Counted from the first letter of the stretch, positions 9,830-20,453 are shown. The stretch: DNA of 64,000 nt from Candidatus Poseidoniia archaeon (GCA_030748895.1 JASMLC010000005.1:35517-99516); one strand, 5' to 3'. Program-made: numbers and translations. The notes: generated by a model not told the origin, from the sequence alone.

Positions 9830-12800
9830 ATGGCAGCCGACTCCGTCGGGGATTACGACCCGGTAGCGCTCGAGCAGGCGGTCGCCGCGCGCTGGGCGGC
9901 GGAGGGCACGTTCGCGCAGCAGGTGGCGCAGCGCGAGGGGGCGCAGCCGTTCGTATTCCTGGAGGGGCCACCGACTGCCAATGGCCGTCCGGGTATCCAC
10001 CACGTCGTCTCGCGGACCTACAAGGATTTGGTCTGCCGCTGGCGCGCGATGCAAGGGCGCTACGTCGAGCGCAAGGGCGGCTGGGACACTCATGGGCTAC
10101 CGGTCGAAATCGAGGTGCAGAAAGCGCTCGGGCTGGGGACGAGCAGCGAAATCGAGGATTACGGCATCGAGGCGTTCAACAAGGCGTGTCGCGAAAGCGT
10201 CTGGACCTACGAGTCGGCGTGGCGCGAGATGACCGAGCGCATGGGGTTCTGGGTCGACATGGACGATCCCTACGTCACGCTCCACGACGACTACATCGAG
10301 TCGGCGTGGTGGTCGCTGAAACAGATGTTCGACAAGGGGTTGCTCTACCGCGACTACAAGGTGCTGCCCTACTGCCCGCAGACCGGCACCAGTTACAGCA
10401 GCCACGAAGTCGCGCTGGGCTACAAGGAAGTCAGCGAGGCTTCGCTCTACGCCCGCTTCAGGCTGGTCGACGACGACGCTTCAATCCTGGCGTGGACCAC
10501 GACGCCGTGGACGCTGCCGGGCAACGTTGGCCTGGCCGTTGGGCCGGATATCACCTACTGCCGCGTGCGCGTCACCGCGCCGCCCGAGGGCTGGACCGGC
10601 CCGGGCGGTGCCGCGGTGGGCGACGAACTTATTCTGGCGAAGGAATTGCTGAAGGCGACGCTGCGCCACCAGGCCGAGGTGCTGGAGGAATTCCCCGGCT
10701 CCGAACTTGTCGGCCGGCGCTACGAGCCGCTCTTCCCCGGCGCGATTGACGCGGGCGGCTCGGAAACGGCGTGGACCGTCCTCGCGGCCGACTTCGTCAC
10801 CACCGAGGACGGCACTGGCGTCGTCCACACCGCCGTCATGTATGGCGAGGACGATTTCAATCTGGGGCGCACCGTCGGCCTGCCCGAAGTACACACCGTC
10901 GGCACCGACGGCCGTTTCGTCGCCGGGGTGCATCCCGACCTTGACAGCCGCTACGTCAAGGAGTGCGACGGCGACATCATCGCGCTGCTCGACGAGGCGG
11001 GGCGGCTCTACCGCACCGAGGATTACACCCACGACTACCCCCACTGCTGGCGCACCGACCACCCGCTACTCTACTACGCCATGGATTCGTGGTTCGTGCG
11101 CATGACCGCGGTGCGCGAGCAGCTGCTGGCGCACAATGCGCAGGTGGAGTGGGCGCCGGCGTGGGTCGGCGAGAAGCGGTTCGGCGAGTGGCTCGAGAAC
11201 GTCAAGGACTGGGCCATCAGCCGCGAGCGGTTCTGGGGCACGCCGCTCCCGGTCTGGTGCTGCGGCTGCGGCCACCAGCACTGCGTCGGCAGTCGCGCCG
11301 AGCTGCGCGAGCTGGCGCTTGACCCCGCCACCGTTCCCGAGGAGTTGCACCGGCCTTACGTCGACGCGGTAAAGCTGCGCTGCTCCGAGTGCGGCGGCGA
11401 GATGGCGCGCGAGCCGTTCGTGATGGATTGCTGGTTCGACTCGGGCTGCGCTTCCTTCGCGCAGTGGCACTACCCCTTCGCGGAGGACGGGAAATTCGAG
11501 GCGAATTTCCCGGTCGACTACATCTGCGAGGGGGTTGACCAGACGCGCGGCTGGTTCTACTCGCTGCTGGCGGTCGCGACCGCGGTCTTCGACTCGCCCT
11601 GCTACCGCAGCTGCCTGTCACTCGGCCTTATCCTGGACCACGAAGGCAAGAAGATGTCCAAGTCGCGCGGCAATATCGTCAACCCGGGCGACCACTTCGA
11701 CCGCGAGGGCGCCGACGCCGTGCGCTGGTATATGGTGACGGCGGGCGCCCCGTGGGCCGAGCTACGGTTTGACGCCAAAGGGCTGCGCGAGACCTTCGCG
11801 CGCTTCTTCCTGACTTTGTGGAACACCTACCGTTTCCACGCCGACTACGCCGCGCTCGACGATTTCGACCCGGACGCGGAGCCGCCCCCACTGGCGCCGC
11901 TCGACCGCTGGGCGCTCTCGCGGCTCGCCGCCGTCGTCGAGGAATATACGGCGCTCTTCGAGCAGTGGCGCTTCCACCGCGCGGCGCGGCTGCTGGAGGA
12001 GTTTGTCATCGACGACGTTAGCAACTGGTACGTGCGGCGCTCCCGCCGGCGGCTCTGGAACGACGCCGCATCGGAGGACAAGGCGGCCTGCCAGCACACG
12101 CTGCACACATTGCTCGCGACCGTCTGCCGGCTGATGGCGCCGATTGCGCCCTACATGAGCGACCACATCCATCACACCTTGACGGGCGATAGCGTGCATC
12201 TCACCGACTGGCCGGCGTCCGCAGAGCGCGACACGGCGCTCGAGGAGCAGATGGCACTGGCGCGCGCGCTGGCCGAAGCGGGGCGCCGCGTGCGCGCCGA
12301 GTCGCAGCGGCGCCAGCGGCTGCCGTGCCGCGCCGGCTGGATTGTCGGCGGCCCCGACATCGCGCAATTCCACGAACTGCTGGCGGAGGAGCTGAACGTC
12401 GAAATACTGGCGGTCGCGCCGGAGCTGGGGAAGTTCCAGCAGGTCGAGCTGCGCCCCAATTTCGGCACGCTGGGCGCGAAAGTCAAGGGCGACCTGCCCG
12501 CCGTCAAGACAGCGCTCGAAGCGCTCGACCCCGAGGAGGGCGCCGCGGCGCTCGAGGCCGGCCAGCTCGAGCTGGCCGGCCACGCCATCGCCCCCGAAGA
12601 TATCGAGCTGCTGCGCGTCCAGAAGGAGGGCTTCGCCGCCGCGACGCTCGATTCAGGCGTTTCGCTGGTGCTCGACATGGCGGTCGACGACGCGCTGCTC
12701 TCGAAGGGGCTGGCGCGCGAAATCACCCGCCGCGTGCAGGCGCAGCGCAAGGCGCTCGACTTGGCGATTGAGGACCGCATCACGCTCGAGGTGTGGCTGC

Positions 12801-12958
12801 CCGACGGGACGCCCGAACTGGCGGCTGCCGACTGGGAGTGGGTGCAGGCGGAGACCCGCACCACTGACGCGAAACTGCACCGCAGGGCGGTGCCGAAGCG
12901 GGCGGAGCGCTTCGAGGTCGACGGGGTTGGCTTCGGGTTCAGCGCCCGCCACGCTTAA
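9830..12958 (+). CDS. ileS: isoleucine--tRNA ligase (archaeal/eukaryal type)
   Basis: 1042 aa; class I HIGH region (PPTANGRPGIHHV), KMSKS motif, and editing (CP1) domain signatures. Confidence 0.95.
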   Translation: MAADSVGDYDPVALEQAVAARWAAEGTFAQQVAQREGAQPFVFLEGPPTANGRPGIHHVVSRTYKDLVCRWRAMQGRYVERKGGWDTHGLPVEIEVQKALGLGTSSEIEDYGIEAFNKACRESVWTYESAWREMTERMGFWVDMDDPYVTLHDDYIESAWWSLKQMFDKGLLYRDYKVLPYCPQTGTSYSSHEVALGYKEVSEASLYARFRLVDDDASILAWTTTPWTLPGNVGLAVGPDITYCRVRVTAPPEGWTGPGGAAVGDELILAKELLKATLRHQAEVLEEFPGSELVGRRYEPLFPGAIDAGGSETAWTVLAADFVTTEDGTGVVHTAVMYGEDDFNLGRTVGLPEVHTVGTDGRFVAGVHPDLDSRYVKECDGDIIALLDEAGRLYRTEDYTHDYPHCWRTDHPLLYYAMDSWFVRMTAVREQLLAHNAQVEWAPAWVGEKRFGEWLENVKDWAISRERFWGTPLPVWCCGCGHQHCVGSRAELRELALDPATVPEELHRPYVDAVKLRCSECGGEMAREPFVMDCWFDSGCASFAQWHYPFAEDGKFEANFPVDYICEGVDQTRGWFYSLLAVATAVFDSPCYRSCLSLGLILDHEGKKMSKSRGNIVNPGDHFDREGADAVRWYMVTAGAPWAELRFDAKGLRETFARFFLTLWNTYRFHADYAALDDFDPDAEPPPLAPLDRWALSRLAAVVEEYTALFEQWRFHRAARLLEEFVIDDVSNWYVRRSRRRLWNDAASEDKAACQHTLHTLLATVCRLMAPIAPYMSDHIHHTLTGDSVHLTDWPASAERDTALEEQMALARALAEAGRRVRAESQRRQRLPCRAGWIVGGPDIAQFHELLAEELNVEILAVAPELGKFQQVELRPNFGTLGAKVKGDLPAVKTALEALDPEEGAAALEAGQLELAGHAIAPEDIELLRVQKEGFAAATLDSGVSLVLDMAVDDALLSKGLAREITRRVQAQRKALDLAIEDRITLEVWLPDGTPELAAADWEWVQAETRTTDAKLHRRAVPKRAERFEVDGVGFGFSARHA

Positions 12959-12982
12959 GCAGCGGCGCAGCCTGCGGGCACG

Positions 12983-13504
12983 ATGGAGTACCGCAAGGCA
13001 ACCGACAGCGAAATCGTCGCCGCCGCGGTCGCGACGCTCGAGGCCTCGGGCCACGTCGGGACGCAGGGCGAAATGCAGCGGCTGGTGCTGGCGCGGCTCC
13101 ACGAAGAGGACGGCGAATTCCGGCTCGGCGCCGAACGGATGCGGCGCGTGCTGGTGCACTCCGGCCGCGTCAGGCTCGACATCCGCACCCGCTCGGTCGG
13201 CGCGGCGCCCGAGCCCGACGAAGCGGACCTGCGGCGGATGGGCATGCGCTACGACCCGGTCGTGAAGCGCTGGCGCCGCATTCGCGAAAGGGATGACCTG
13301 TCGGGGCACCACCACCACCGCGGCGAATTCGCCGCGCCCGGAGTCCCGTGCCCGGTCTGCCGCGAGCCGCTGGCGAAGGTGCACAACGCGACGCTCTCGG
13401 GCGGCCGCGTCGCCATCGGCTTCCGCTGCCCGCTCTGCCGCTACACGACGGGGCATCGCTGGCGCGAGCCGGCGCGCTACGGCTTCTCGCTGCGGGAGGC
13501 GTGA
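12983..13504 (+). CDS. hypothetical protein with C-terminal C4 zinc ribbon
   Basis: CPVC...CPLC pairs; stop overlaps the start of the downstream nuclease (TGATG). Confidence 0.45.
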   Translation: MEYRKATDSEIVAAAVATLEASGHVGTQGEMQRLVLARLHEEDGEFRLGAERMRRVLVHSGRVRLDIRTRSVGAAPEPDEADLRRMGMRYDPVVKRWRRIRERDDLSGHHHHRGEFAAPGVPCPVCREPLAKVHNATLSGGRVAIGFRCPLCRYTTGHRWREPARYGFSLREA

Positions 13505-14496
13505 TGCAGGTCTTCGCGCATGACGGCATCTGCGTCTCCAACGGGGAAGGGGCAGTCTACCTTGACCCGTCGCGCGGGCGCGCCGATGGAGTGGTGACGC
13601 ATGCGCACTCCGACCACCTGCGGCCGCGGACGCACATGACTCCCGCGACGGCCGAGGTGATGCACGCGCGCACCGGCAGCCGCAAGGCGCAACTGCACGG
13701 CTACCGCGAGCCGTTCGCGGTGCGCGGCATCGAGGTCGAATTCTACGACGCTGGCCACGTCATCGGCAGCGCGATGGTCGCGGTCGACGGCGGACGCGTA
13801 CTCTACACCGGCGACTTCAACCCCTACGGCACCATCACTGCCGGCCGCGCCGAGCCGCAGCGATGCGAAACGCTGGTCATCGAAGCGACCTACGGCCGGC
13901 CGGAGCAGGTGCTCCCGCCGCGCCACCGCGTGCTGCGCGACCTGCAGGGGTGGATGCTGGCGGTCGCCGCGAACGGCGGCGGCATCGTGGGGGCGTACAC
14001 GCTCGGCAAGGCGCAGGAGGTCGTCGCGGCCGCCAACGCCGTCGGGCTGCGGCCGGCGGTTTCCGACGAGGTGGGCGAGGTGTGCGACATCTACGTGCAG
14101 CACGACGTACCGCTGGAGTACGACCGCTTCGCGGCGCTCTCGCCTGAGCAGCGTGCCGCGCCGGGGATGCTCGTGACATCGACGACCGCGACCAGCGGCC
14201 GCCGCCCCGACGCGGTGGTGCTGGAGCTGCGGCAGCGCGGCGCGCACACCGCGCGCGTCTCCGGCTGGTGCGCCTTCGCGCCGTGGGCGCTGCGCGGTGT
14301 CGACGCGGGGTTCCCGATGAGCGACCACGCCGACTTCACCGGGCTGCTCAACTTCGTCGAGGCGTGCGCGCCGCAGCAGGTCTACACAGTCCATGGCGCG
14401 CAGAGCGAGCTGGCGCGCGAAATCCGTAAACGGCTGGGAATACCTGCACAAGCACTCCCCGACCGGGGGGAAACGACGCTGGAGGAATTTACGTGA
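13504..14496 (+). CDS. MBL-fold beta-CASP family hydrolase (mRNA 3'-end-processing-factor-like / ligase-associated exonuclease-like)
   Basis: HAHSDH metallo-beta-lactamase motif and beta-CASP-type downstream His/Asp motifs. Start taken at MQVFAHDG (13504); the upstream ORF-track extension is Pro/Ala/Arg-rich and overlaps the preceding gene. Confidence 0.6.
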   Translation: MQVFAHDGICVSNGEGAVYLDPSRGRADGVVTHAHSDHLRPRTHMTPATAEVMHARTGSRKAQLHGYREPFAVRGIEVEFYDAGHVIGSAMVAVDGGRVLYTGDFNPYGTITAGRAEPQRCETLVIEATYGRPEQVLPPRHRVLRDLQGWMLAVAANGGGIVGAYTLGKAQEVVAAANAVGLRPAVSDEVGEVCDIYVQHDVPLEYDRFAALSPEQRAAPGMLVTSTTATSGRRPDAVVLELRQRGAHTARVSGWCAFAPWALRGVDAGFPMSDHADFTGLLNFVEACAPQQVYTVHGAQSELAREIRKRLGIPAQALPDRGETTLEEFT

Positions 14497-15143
14497 CTCC
14501 AGGAAAACTTGTACTGGTGCGTCACGGGCTCTCAACCTACAACGACCAGAACCGGTTCACCGGCTGGAAGGACGTGCCGCTCAACGCGCAGGGCATTGCG
14601 GAGGCAGAGCAGGCGGCGCCGCTACTGCGCGGGATGGAGTTCGGCATCGCCTTCACGTCGGTGCTGGTGCGCGCGCAGCATACGCTCGACGTCCTGCTCG
14701 CCGGTCTCGGGCAGGAAGGCATTCCGGTCGAGCGCGACCTGGCGCTCAACGAACGCAACTACGGCGACCTCATCGGGCAGAACAAGGCCGAAGCCGCGGA
14801 ACGCTTCGGAACGGAGCAGGTGCACCAGTGGCGCCGCAGCTTCGACATCGCGCCACCGGGCGGCGAGTCGCTGAAGGAGACGGCCGACCGTGCGATTCCC
14901 TACCTGCGCGACCGCATCCTGCCCGAAATCATGGCGGGGCGCAACGTGCTGGTGAGCGCGCACGGCAACTCGATTCGCGCCATCGTGATGCATCTTCTCG
15001 ACTACAGCCCGGCACAAATCCTGCAGACCGAAATCGGCTGGTGCGAGCCGTGGGTCTTCAGCTTCGGTGACGACGGCTCCGCGGTGGACCTGCAGGTCAT
15101 CCCGCGCCCCGGCATCGAAAGCATGAGCCGGCTGCCGCAATAG
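14493..15143 (+). CDS. histidine phosphatase family, 2,3-bisphosphoglycerate-dependent phosphoglycerate mutase-like
   Basis: LVLVRHGLSTYNDQNRFTGWKDVPL (RHG catalytic His motif), SAHGNS second His motif; 216 aa. Confidence 0.75.
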   Translation: MTPGKLVLVRHGLSTYNDQNRFTGWKDVPLNAQGIAEAEQAAPLLRGMEFGIAFTSVLVRAQHTLDVLLAGLGQEGIPVERDLALNERNYGDLIGQNKAEAAERFGTEQVHQWRRSFDIAPPGGESLKETADRAIPYLRDRILPEIMAGRNVLVSAHGNSIRAIVMHLLDYSPAQILQTEIGWCEPWVFSFGDDGSAVDLQVIPRPGIESMSRLPQ

Positions 15144-15161
15144 ACTACGTACGGGCGCGAC

Positions 15162-15461
15162 TCACTCGCGCGATTTGGACCAGCCCTTGACCTGCTTCAG
15201 GTTACCACGCGTCGGACGCAGCTTCAACTCACGGCCCCATTCGTCCTTCAGGATTATGTAGTCTTCGCGCGGAACGAAGCGCGCCGAGACAAAGTAACCC
15301 GACTCGGACTTGAACTGGATTTCCAGCATCTCGCCCTCGTCCTCCTCCTCGCTCCAGACCAGTGGATAGCCCAGCCCCTCGTAATGGCTGGAAATCGCAT
15401 CCATGAATTTCCTGACCGAGCTCTTCGATGCTGCTTCGCCCATGTTGACTGCTGTGCGCAC
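15162..15461 (-). CDS. small acidic hypothetical protein
   Basis: 99-aa ORF with protein-like composition and no recognisable motif. Confidence 0.3.
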   Translation of the reverse strand: MRTAVNMGEAASKSSVRKFMDAISSHYEGLGYPLVWSEEEDEGEMLEIQFKSESGYFVSARFVPREDYIILKDEWGRELKLRPTRGNLKQVKGWSKSRE

Positions 15462-15496
15462 GCAGAGTGCAAGTTTTAACGCTTGCGCGGGAGCAC

Positions 15497-15504
15497 TTCT
15501 ATAA
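15497..15504 (+). promoter_or_regulatory. archaeal box-A/TATA-like element (TTCTATAA) ~25 nt upstream of tRNA-Gln
   Basis: Seen in sequence; spacing typical of archaeal tRNA promoters. Confidence 0.4.
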
Positions 15505-15528
15505 CCAGCGCCTGCTCGACGGCAGGCA

Positions 15529-15603
15529 GCCCCGTGGTGTAGCGGTCCAGCATGCAGGCCTTTGGAGCCTGTGACCCAGGTTCGAATCCGGGCGGGGCTA
15601 CCA
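15529..15603 (+). tRNA. tRNA-Gln (anticodon TTG), CCA encoded
   Basis: Acceptor AGCCCCG/CGGGGCT; anticodon arm CAGGC-CTTTGGA-GCCTG; T loop GGTTCGAATCC. The 5' half is near-identical to known archaeal tRNA-Gln. One A:G mismatch in the T stem. Confidence 0.75.
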
Positions 15604-16071
15604 CTTTAAGTCTGACCCACAAACAACTTAAGATGGTTGCAAACATTCCAAATCTAGGAGCGTCTCCTTCGTGAAGGATGGTGCTCCCGGACCGCCTTCG
15701 CCCTCTACGGTCATTTCAAGGAAAGAAGTGCGGGCTCATGCCAAATCATTGAGAGAATTCCGGTCGAAGTACAAGGATATCGTTCCGAAATATGATGCAC
15801 TTGAACAGGTAAGACAGTGATGGAATGATTCAATTATGGGTTCTTTATTTGGAGACTCTATCGAAGAGAGGGGGCCTACATGGAGGGTGCAGACCTGACG
15901 GGCGCCGACCTAGGGTTAAAATAGGTTGGGGCACTGTGGATATTGGCAGTTTATATATAGACAATCGTAGATACATTTTGCATCGCCCCGAATGGACTTT
16001 GACTATGTCATAGAGTGACGGGGAGAGGCGGTGCTGGGTGCGGTAACGCTACCCGATTTAGGGCGGTAGGT

Positions 16072-16088
16072 CTATTATATATATTGCG
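16072..16088 (+). promoter_or_regulatory. TATA-like box (TTATATATAT) ~25-30 nt upstream of the first island gene, second copy of a duplicated AT-rich motif
   Basis: Seen in sequence; a GGAAAGG Shine-Dalgarno-like stretch also precedes the ATG at 16107. Confidence 0.35.
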
Positions 16089-16106
16089 ATACATTGCAGG
16101 AAAGGT

Positions 16107-17276
16107 ATGGATAGACCAAAAACGCTCGAAGGATGGGGAAATCAGCCACTGGAAGAAATTCTGTGGCTCTGTCAGGAAACCATAGAAGATATCGAAGTAA
16201 CAACGGTTAAACGCTGGCGGGAAGCGGGCGGAAAAGTACTGGGCCACTTCCAGGTATATTTCCCAGAAGAAATAGCCCATGCTGCTGGCATGCTGCCTAT
16301 GAAGATGTTTGGAGCTTCTGTGGAACCCCGTGAAGCAGATAGCAGATTTGGATCCTTTTTATGTTCGATTTTGAAAACAAATCTGGAACAGGTCCTTTCC
16401 GGCAGGGTGGAAATAGATATGTTCGTCACACATCCTATTTGTGATGCCGCCCGAAATCTGGCCCCAATTTGGGGGCGGAATTTTGATTACCCTTGCCAAA
16501 TTCTTTATCTTCCCCAGAACCCGAACTCTAGTCATTCCGTTCAATATCTGAAAGAAGAGTATGAAAGAATCCAGGGTGTAATCGAAGGAGTTGCGGGCAG
16601 GAAAATAACAAAGGATGACTTGCGAAATTCTATTGCTGTTTTTAACAAAAACCGAGCCTTACTCCGAAAGTTATATGCGATAAAAAGGGAAAGGCCTTGG
16701 CTCATTACTATCAATGAAGCATACGTCTTAGTGGCTTTAGGTGGCTTGATTCCACGGGAAGAACATAATGAATTACTCGAAGCAGTAATTCCTCTAATTG
16801 AGAAGAGAGATGCCCGTGAACAGGATCGCATTCGGGTTGTTTTTGAAGGTGGTTTCTGTGAACAGCCACCACTGGACATGTTGAGGACTATCGGCAGGTC
16901 ATGTTACGTAGTTGATGATGACCTGTTAATTGGAATGCGATACATACTCGAAGATATTGATGCTGGTGATAATCCGTTAGAGGCGATGGCTGAAGCCTAT
17001 ATCAATAACTCATCCTACAGCCCCGTGCAACATGATTTGCGTAAACCGAAAGAAAAGATGTTGAGAGAAAGGTTTGAAAATACGGATGCAGAAGCTGTGA
17101 TTATAACTGCAGCAAAAATGTGCGAACCTGGTCTAGAGGAACAGGTCACTTATACTCAGGAGCTCGAAAAGGATGACACCCCCTATTTTGTGAGCGAATT
17201 TGAGGAAAATATGTCCAGTTTTGACCATTTGGAGATTCAGCTAGAAACGTTCGTAGAGAACCTGATGTTTGATTGA
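16107..17276 (+). CDS. benzoyl-CoA reductase / 2-hydroxyacyl-CoA dehydratase family subunit, BcrC/BzdN-like
   Basis: 389 aa, HGD-D family. First gene of a C-B-A-D-ordered cluster. Confidence 0.7.
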   Translation: MDRPKTLEGWGNQPLEEILWLCQETIEDIEVTTVKRWREAGGKVLGHFQVYFPEEIAHAAGMLPMKMFGASVEPREADSRFGSFLCSILKTNLEQVLSGRVEIDMFVTHPICDAARNLAPIWGRNFDYPCQILYLPQNPNSSHSVQYLKEEYERIQGVIEGVAGRKITKDDLRNSIAVFNKNRALLRKLYAIKRERPWLITINEAYVLVALGGLIPREEHNELLEAVIPLIEKRDAREQDRIRVVFEGGFCEQPPLDMLRTIGRSCYVVDDDLLIGMRYILEDIDAGDNPLEAMAEAYINNSSYSPVQHDLRKPKEKMLRERFENTDAEAVIITAAKMCEPGLEEQVTYTQELEKDDTPYFVSEFEENMSSFDHLEIQLETFVENLMFD

Positions 17277-18585
17277 GGTGAAAATGAATAATGTAACTAA
17301 AAAAGATATAGTAGGTCGTGGTACCCGGGAAGGGGCTGCTCTTTTTAGAGACTGGTTTCAGGATTTGACGCAGAAGGCCGAAGATGACGAGACTGCAGCC
17401 TATGTTTTTGTCATGGGCAGCATTGCAGAAATACTCCGTGTATTTGATATGCCTATGGTGTTTCCAGAAATTAATTCTCTACAGACTGCTGTTCGCCATG
17501 TAGCAGACGACTTTCTGAATACAGCAGAGGATTATGGGTATTCTCCAGATATTTGCGGATACGTTAAAGCGGATTTTGCAATGCAAATGCAGAATGGGAA
17601 TCACCCCATGGGACGCATACCCAAGCCAGGAATTGCCGTACTGACCAATGCCTGTAATACATATTTCAAATGGGCTGAAATCTGGGAGCGGATTTATGAC
17701 ATTCCCATGGTTTCAATAGATGTGCCAGCAACGCGTGAAGCGGGAACGAGGACCTGGCCGGGAGATGAACAATTTGAGCGAGAAAAGAAATATGTAAAAG
17801 TTCAACTTGAAGAACTGATAGAAACGTGTGAGGAGATAACAGGAAAGAAATTCGATGTCGATCGTCTCAGGGAAGTTCTAGGACACGCTAACACAATGAG
17901 TCGCTGTTGGAAACGAGTACTAGAACTGAATCAGAGCAGCCCTTCTTTGTTCAATGCCCTTACTGATGGAACTGTATATCTAGGGATGTCCAATGTGTTT
18001 CGAGGGACTCCCGAAGGAGCCCGGTTTTTTGAAAGGCTGGTAGAAGAAATGGAGTATATGGCTGCAAATGGCATAGGAACCCTTACCGATGAGAAATATA
18101 GATTGAGTTTCATTGGTGTTCCTTGTTATCCAATCTTCAGACGTTTCAATGAAATGTTCACGAAATGGGGTGGGTCGTTTGTCATGTCATCCTATCTCTG
18201 GTTCGCTTCAGGTGGGACGAATATAGGCGTACAGTATGATTTGGACGACCCTTTTGATTCGCTGGCGGAAGGTGTGTTGATTAGTGTTCGTGACGCCATG
18301 GATTCTATGTTTCACCCCGAACTTACGGTTCTTGCACAATCTGATGAGTTCAATGTCGATGGCGTGGTGTACCACCCCATAAAAAGTTGTAGAACGACTT
18401 CGACAGGTATGGCAGACAATCGTCGCATGTTAATGGAAAAAAGTAATTTGCCGAGTCTATTTATTGAATCAGACATGATGGATTCAAGAGTTGTCGGAGA
18501 AGCCCAGATGAAAAACCGTATTGATGCTTTTTTTGAGGGATTGGCGTCACGGAAGGCAAGGGCTACAGTAGAGGGAGGAGGATAA
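17269..18585 (+). CDS. benzoyl-CoA reductase / 2-hydroxyacyl-CoA dehydratase family subunit, BcrB/BzdO-like
   Basis: 438 aa, HGD-D family; 8-nt overlap with upstream gene. Confidence 0.7.
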   Translation: MIEVKMNNVTKKDIVGRGTREGAALFRDWFQDLTQKAEDDETAAYVFVMGSIAEILRVFDMPMVFPEINSLQTAVRHVADDFLNTAEDYGYSPDICGYVKADFAMQMQNGNHPMGRIPKPGIAVLTNACNTYFKWAEIWERIYDIPMVSIDVPATREAGTRTWPGDEQFEREKKYVKVQLEELIETCEEITGKKFDVDRLREVLGHANTMSRCWKRVLELNQSSPSLFNALTDGTVYLGMSNVFRGTPEGARFFERLVEEMEYMAANGIGTLTDEKYRLSFIGVPCYPIFRRFNEMFTKWGGSFVMSSYLWFASGGTNIGVQYDLDDPFDSLAEGVLISVRDAMDSMFHPELTVLAQSDEFNVDGVVYHPIKSCRTTSTGMADNRRMLMEKSNLPSLFIESDMMDSRVVGEAQMKNRIDAFFEGLASRKARATVEGGG

Positions 18586-18586
18586 T

Positions 18587-19393
18587 ATGGCATTAGCTGC
18601 TGGAGTGGATGTGGGTTCTACACAAACAAAAGCTGTTATTATCAATGAGGACCTGAAAATCATCGGCAGGGCATTGATTGATACGGGTGCTAACGTGGTA
18701 CAAGCTGCCGAGAAGGCATACTTCAAAGCACTGAATGAGAGCAAACGTCGGGAAGAAGAAGTTGCCTATGTCATTGGAACTGGTTATGGGCGGTATAAAG
18801 TAACATTTGGGAATACGCAGGTTACGGAAATCAGTTGCCATGGCCGAGGTGCCGTGCATATGTACCCAGAAACAAGGACGGTTCTAGATATGGGTGGACA
18901 GGATACTAAAGCAATCAGTGTTAGTGAAATCGGCGAAATTGTAGATTTTTGTATGAATGACAAATGTGCTGCTGGTACTGGCCGTTTCTTGGGAGCAGCT
19001 TCCATGGCTCTAGATATTCCCCTGAATGAACTAGGCCCCACAGCCTTGAAATCAAAAAAACCAGTTAAGATTAGCACTACATGTACTGTGTTTGCGGAAT
19101 CGGAAGTGTTGTCCTGGCTTGGCAAAGGCAAGAAAATTGAGGACATCCTGTTAGGTGTCCACCAATCGATATCCTCTCGTTCACTTGCTTTATTAAGACG
19201 GGTCGGATTTAACGATGAAATTACTTTTACAGGTGGCGTGGCGAAAAATATTGGTATGGTTGAAGTCTTGACTGCAGGCCTTGGGATGAAAATGAACGTG
19301 AGTGATGAATCACATTACATGGGAGCTCTGGGAGCTGCACTATTCGCTATGGATCACATTATGGAAAGCCGAATACCTGTAGGTGAAACATGA
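18587..19393 (+). CDS. BadF/BadG/BcrA/BcrD-type ATPase (acetate/sugar kinase fold, [4Fe-4S]-bridging reductase ATPase subunit)
   Basis: [12 protein letters not shown]-terminal ATPase motif; DKCAAGTG motif; 268 aa. Confidence 0.8.
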   Translation: MALAAGVDVGSTQTKAVIINEDLKIIGRALIDTGANVVQAAEKAYFKALNESKRREEEVAYVIGTGYGRYKVTFGNTQVTEISCHGRGAVHMYPETRTVLDMGGQDTKAISVSEIGEIVDFCMNDKCAAGTGRFLGAASMALDIPLNELGPTALKSKKPVKISTTCTVFAESEVLSWLGKGKKIEDILLGVHQSISSRSLALLRRVGFNDEITFTGGVAKNIGMVEVLTAGLGMKMNVSDESHYMGALGAALFAMDHIMESRIPVGET

Positions 19394-20193
19394 AACATGT
19401 CATTGGAGTAGATGTGGGTTCTACATACACCAAGGCTGTGATTCTTTCCCCTGAAAAAAAGGTGATTGGAAAAGCGATGGTACAAACTGGTTTCAAATTG
19501 GATAAGGCAGCCGAAAAGGTATTCGATCAAGTTCTGAAAGAATCGGGTCTGGCCAAAGAAAAGATCGGATATGCCATTTCAACGGGATACGGCCGACATA
19601 TGGTACCTTATCGAGACATTACAGTCACTGACTTAACAGCTACAGCGCGGGGCACAAATTTTTTCTTCCCTGAAACCCGGACTGTACTAGATATCGGCGG
19701 GCAGACTATGAAGGCCAGTCGCCTAGATGAAAAAGTAAAAGTCAGGTCTTTCCGCCTTAATGACAAATGTGCAGCCGGAACGGGAGCGTTTCTCGAAAAA
19801 ACAGCCCGATATATGGGATATGGAACAGAGGAAATCGGCCCCCTCGTTGATACATCAAAGGAGCAAGTTCCCATATCTGGAGTTTGTGCCGTGTTCGCGG
19901 AGTCTGAAGTAATTAATCAATTGTCTTTGGGCTCAGCACCCTCAGATATCATGTTTGGAGCAATGACCTCATTGGTAAAACGTGCAATACAGTTATTGAA
20001 ACGAGTCAAAATGGAATCACAGGTCACACTTACTGGTGGTATTATGCGATTTGGGACGATGGTGAATGTACTAACAGAAAACGTAGATGAAAAAATCAAT
20101 GTACCTGACGGAGACATGGTTCAGTTCACGACCGCGCTCGGTGCTGCAACACTGGCCCTACAACGCCTAGAGAAAGTGGGGGCATCTGCATGA
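19390..20193 (+). CDS. BadF/BadG/BcrA/BcrD-type ATPase, second subunit
   Basis: [11 protein letters not shown]; DKCAAGTG; 267 aa; ATGA overlap with upstream gene. Confidence 0.8.
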   Translation: MKHVIGVDVGSTYTKAVILSPEKKVIGKAMVQTGFKLDKAAEKVFDQVLKESGLAKEKIGYAISTGYGRHMVPYRDITVTDLTATARGTNFFFPETRTVLDIGGQTMKASRLDEKVKVRSFRLNDKCAAGTGAFLEKTARYMGYGTEEIGPLVDTSKEQVPISGVCAVFAESEVINQLSLGSAPSDIMFGAMTSLVKRAIQLLKRVKMESQVTLTGGIMRFGTMVNVLTENVDEKINVPDGDMVQFTTALGAATLALQRLEKVGASA

Positions 20194-20429
20194 GCGAACT
20201 TTGCGGCATGGCAGATTCTCCGCGAGACGAGAGATTAAAGGCGAAAGGATGGGCAAGGCAATTTACCTGTGGGGAACCACGTTTGACTGAAGCATGCGAA
20301 CTGTTTGAGTCTATGGGAAAGAAAATTCATTTAGAATCAATGGCAAAGGAGGACCAACCCATGGGAGCTTCCTGTGATGCTTGTTTAGCCGGCTGTGGTG
20401 ACGAAATGAAAACAATCTGGGTTCGGTAA
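20190..20429 (+). CDS. small Cys-rich protein of unknown function (6 Cys; C-terminal CDACLAGC)
   Basis: 79-aa ORF translationally coupled (ATGA) to the second ATPase. No canonical CxxCxxCxxxCP ferredoxin motif. Confidence 0.4.
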   Translation: MSELCGMADSPRDERLKAKGWARQFTCGEPRLTEACELFESMGKKIHLESMAKEDQPMGASCDACLAGCGDEMKTIWVR

Positions 20430-20453
20430 TCTGCAAAAAATCAGGAACTAAAA

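Noticed and set aside
13348-13503. 52-aa upstream extension of the beta-CASP nuclease ORF
   Set aside because: Overlaps the zinc-ribbon gene in another frame and is Pro/Leu/Ala-rich. MQVFAHDG at 13504 gives the TGATG coupling typical of operons.
15529-15603. Possibility that the tRNA-Gln is a pseudo-tRNA / att remnant because of an A:G mismatch in the T stem
   Set aside because: Acceptor, anticodon and D arms are intact, the 5' half matches known archaeal tRNA-Gln, and a TATA-like box sits at the expected distance. Kept as a tRNA with reduced confidence.
20190-20429. Calling the 79-aa Cys-rich protein a ferredoxin
   Set aside because: It lacks CxxCxxCxxxCP motifs. Cys spacing (C5, C27, C36, C62, C65, C69) does not fit 4Fe-4S or 2Fe-2S ferredoxins. 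Left as unknown.
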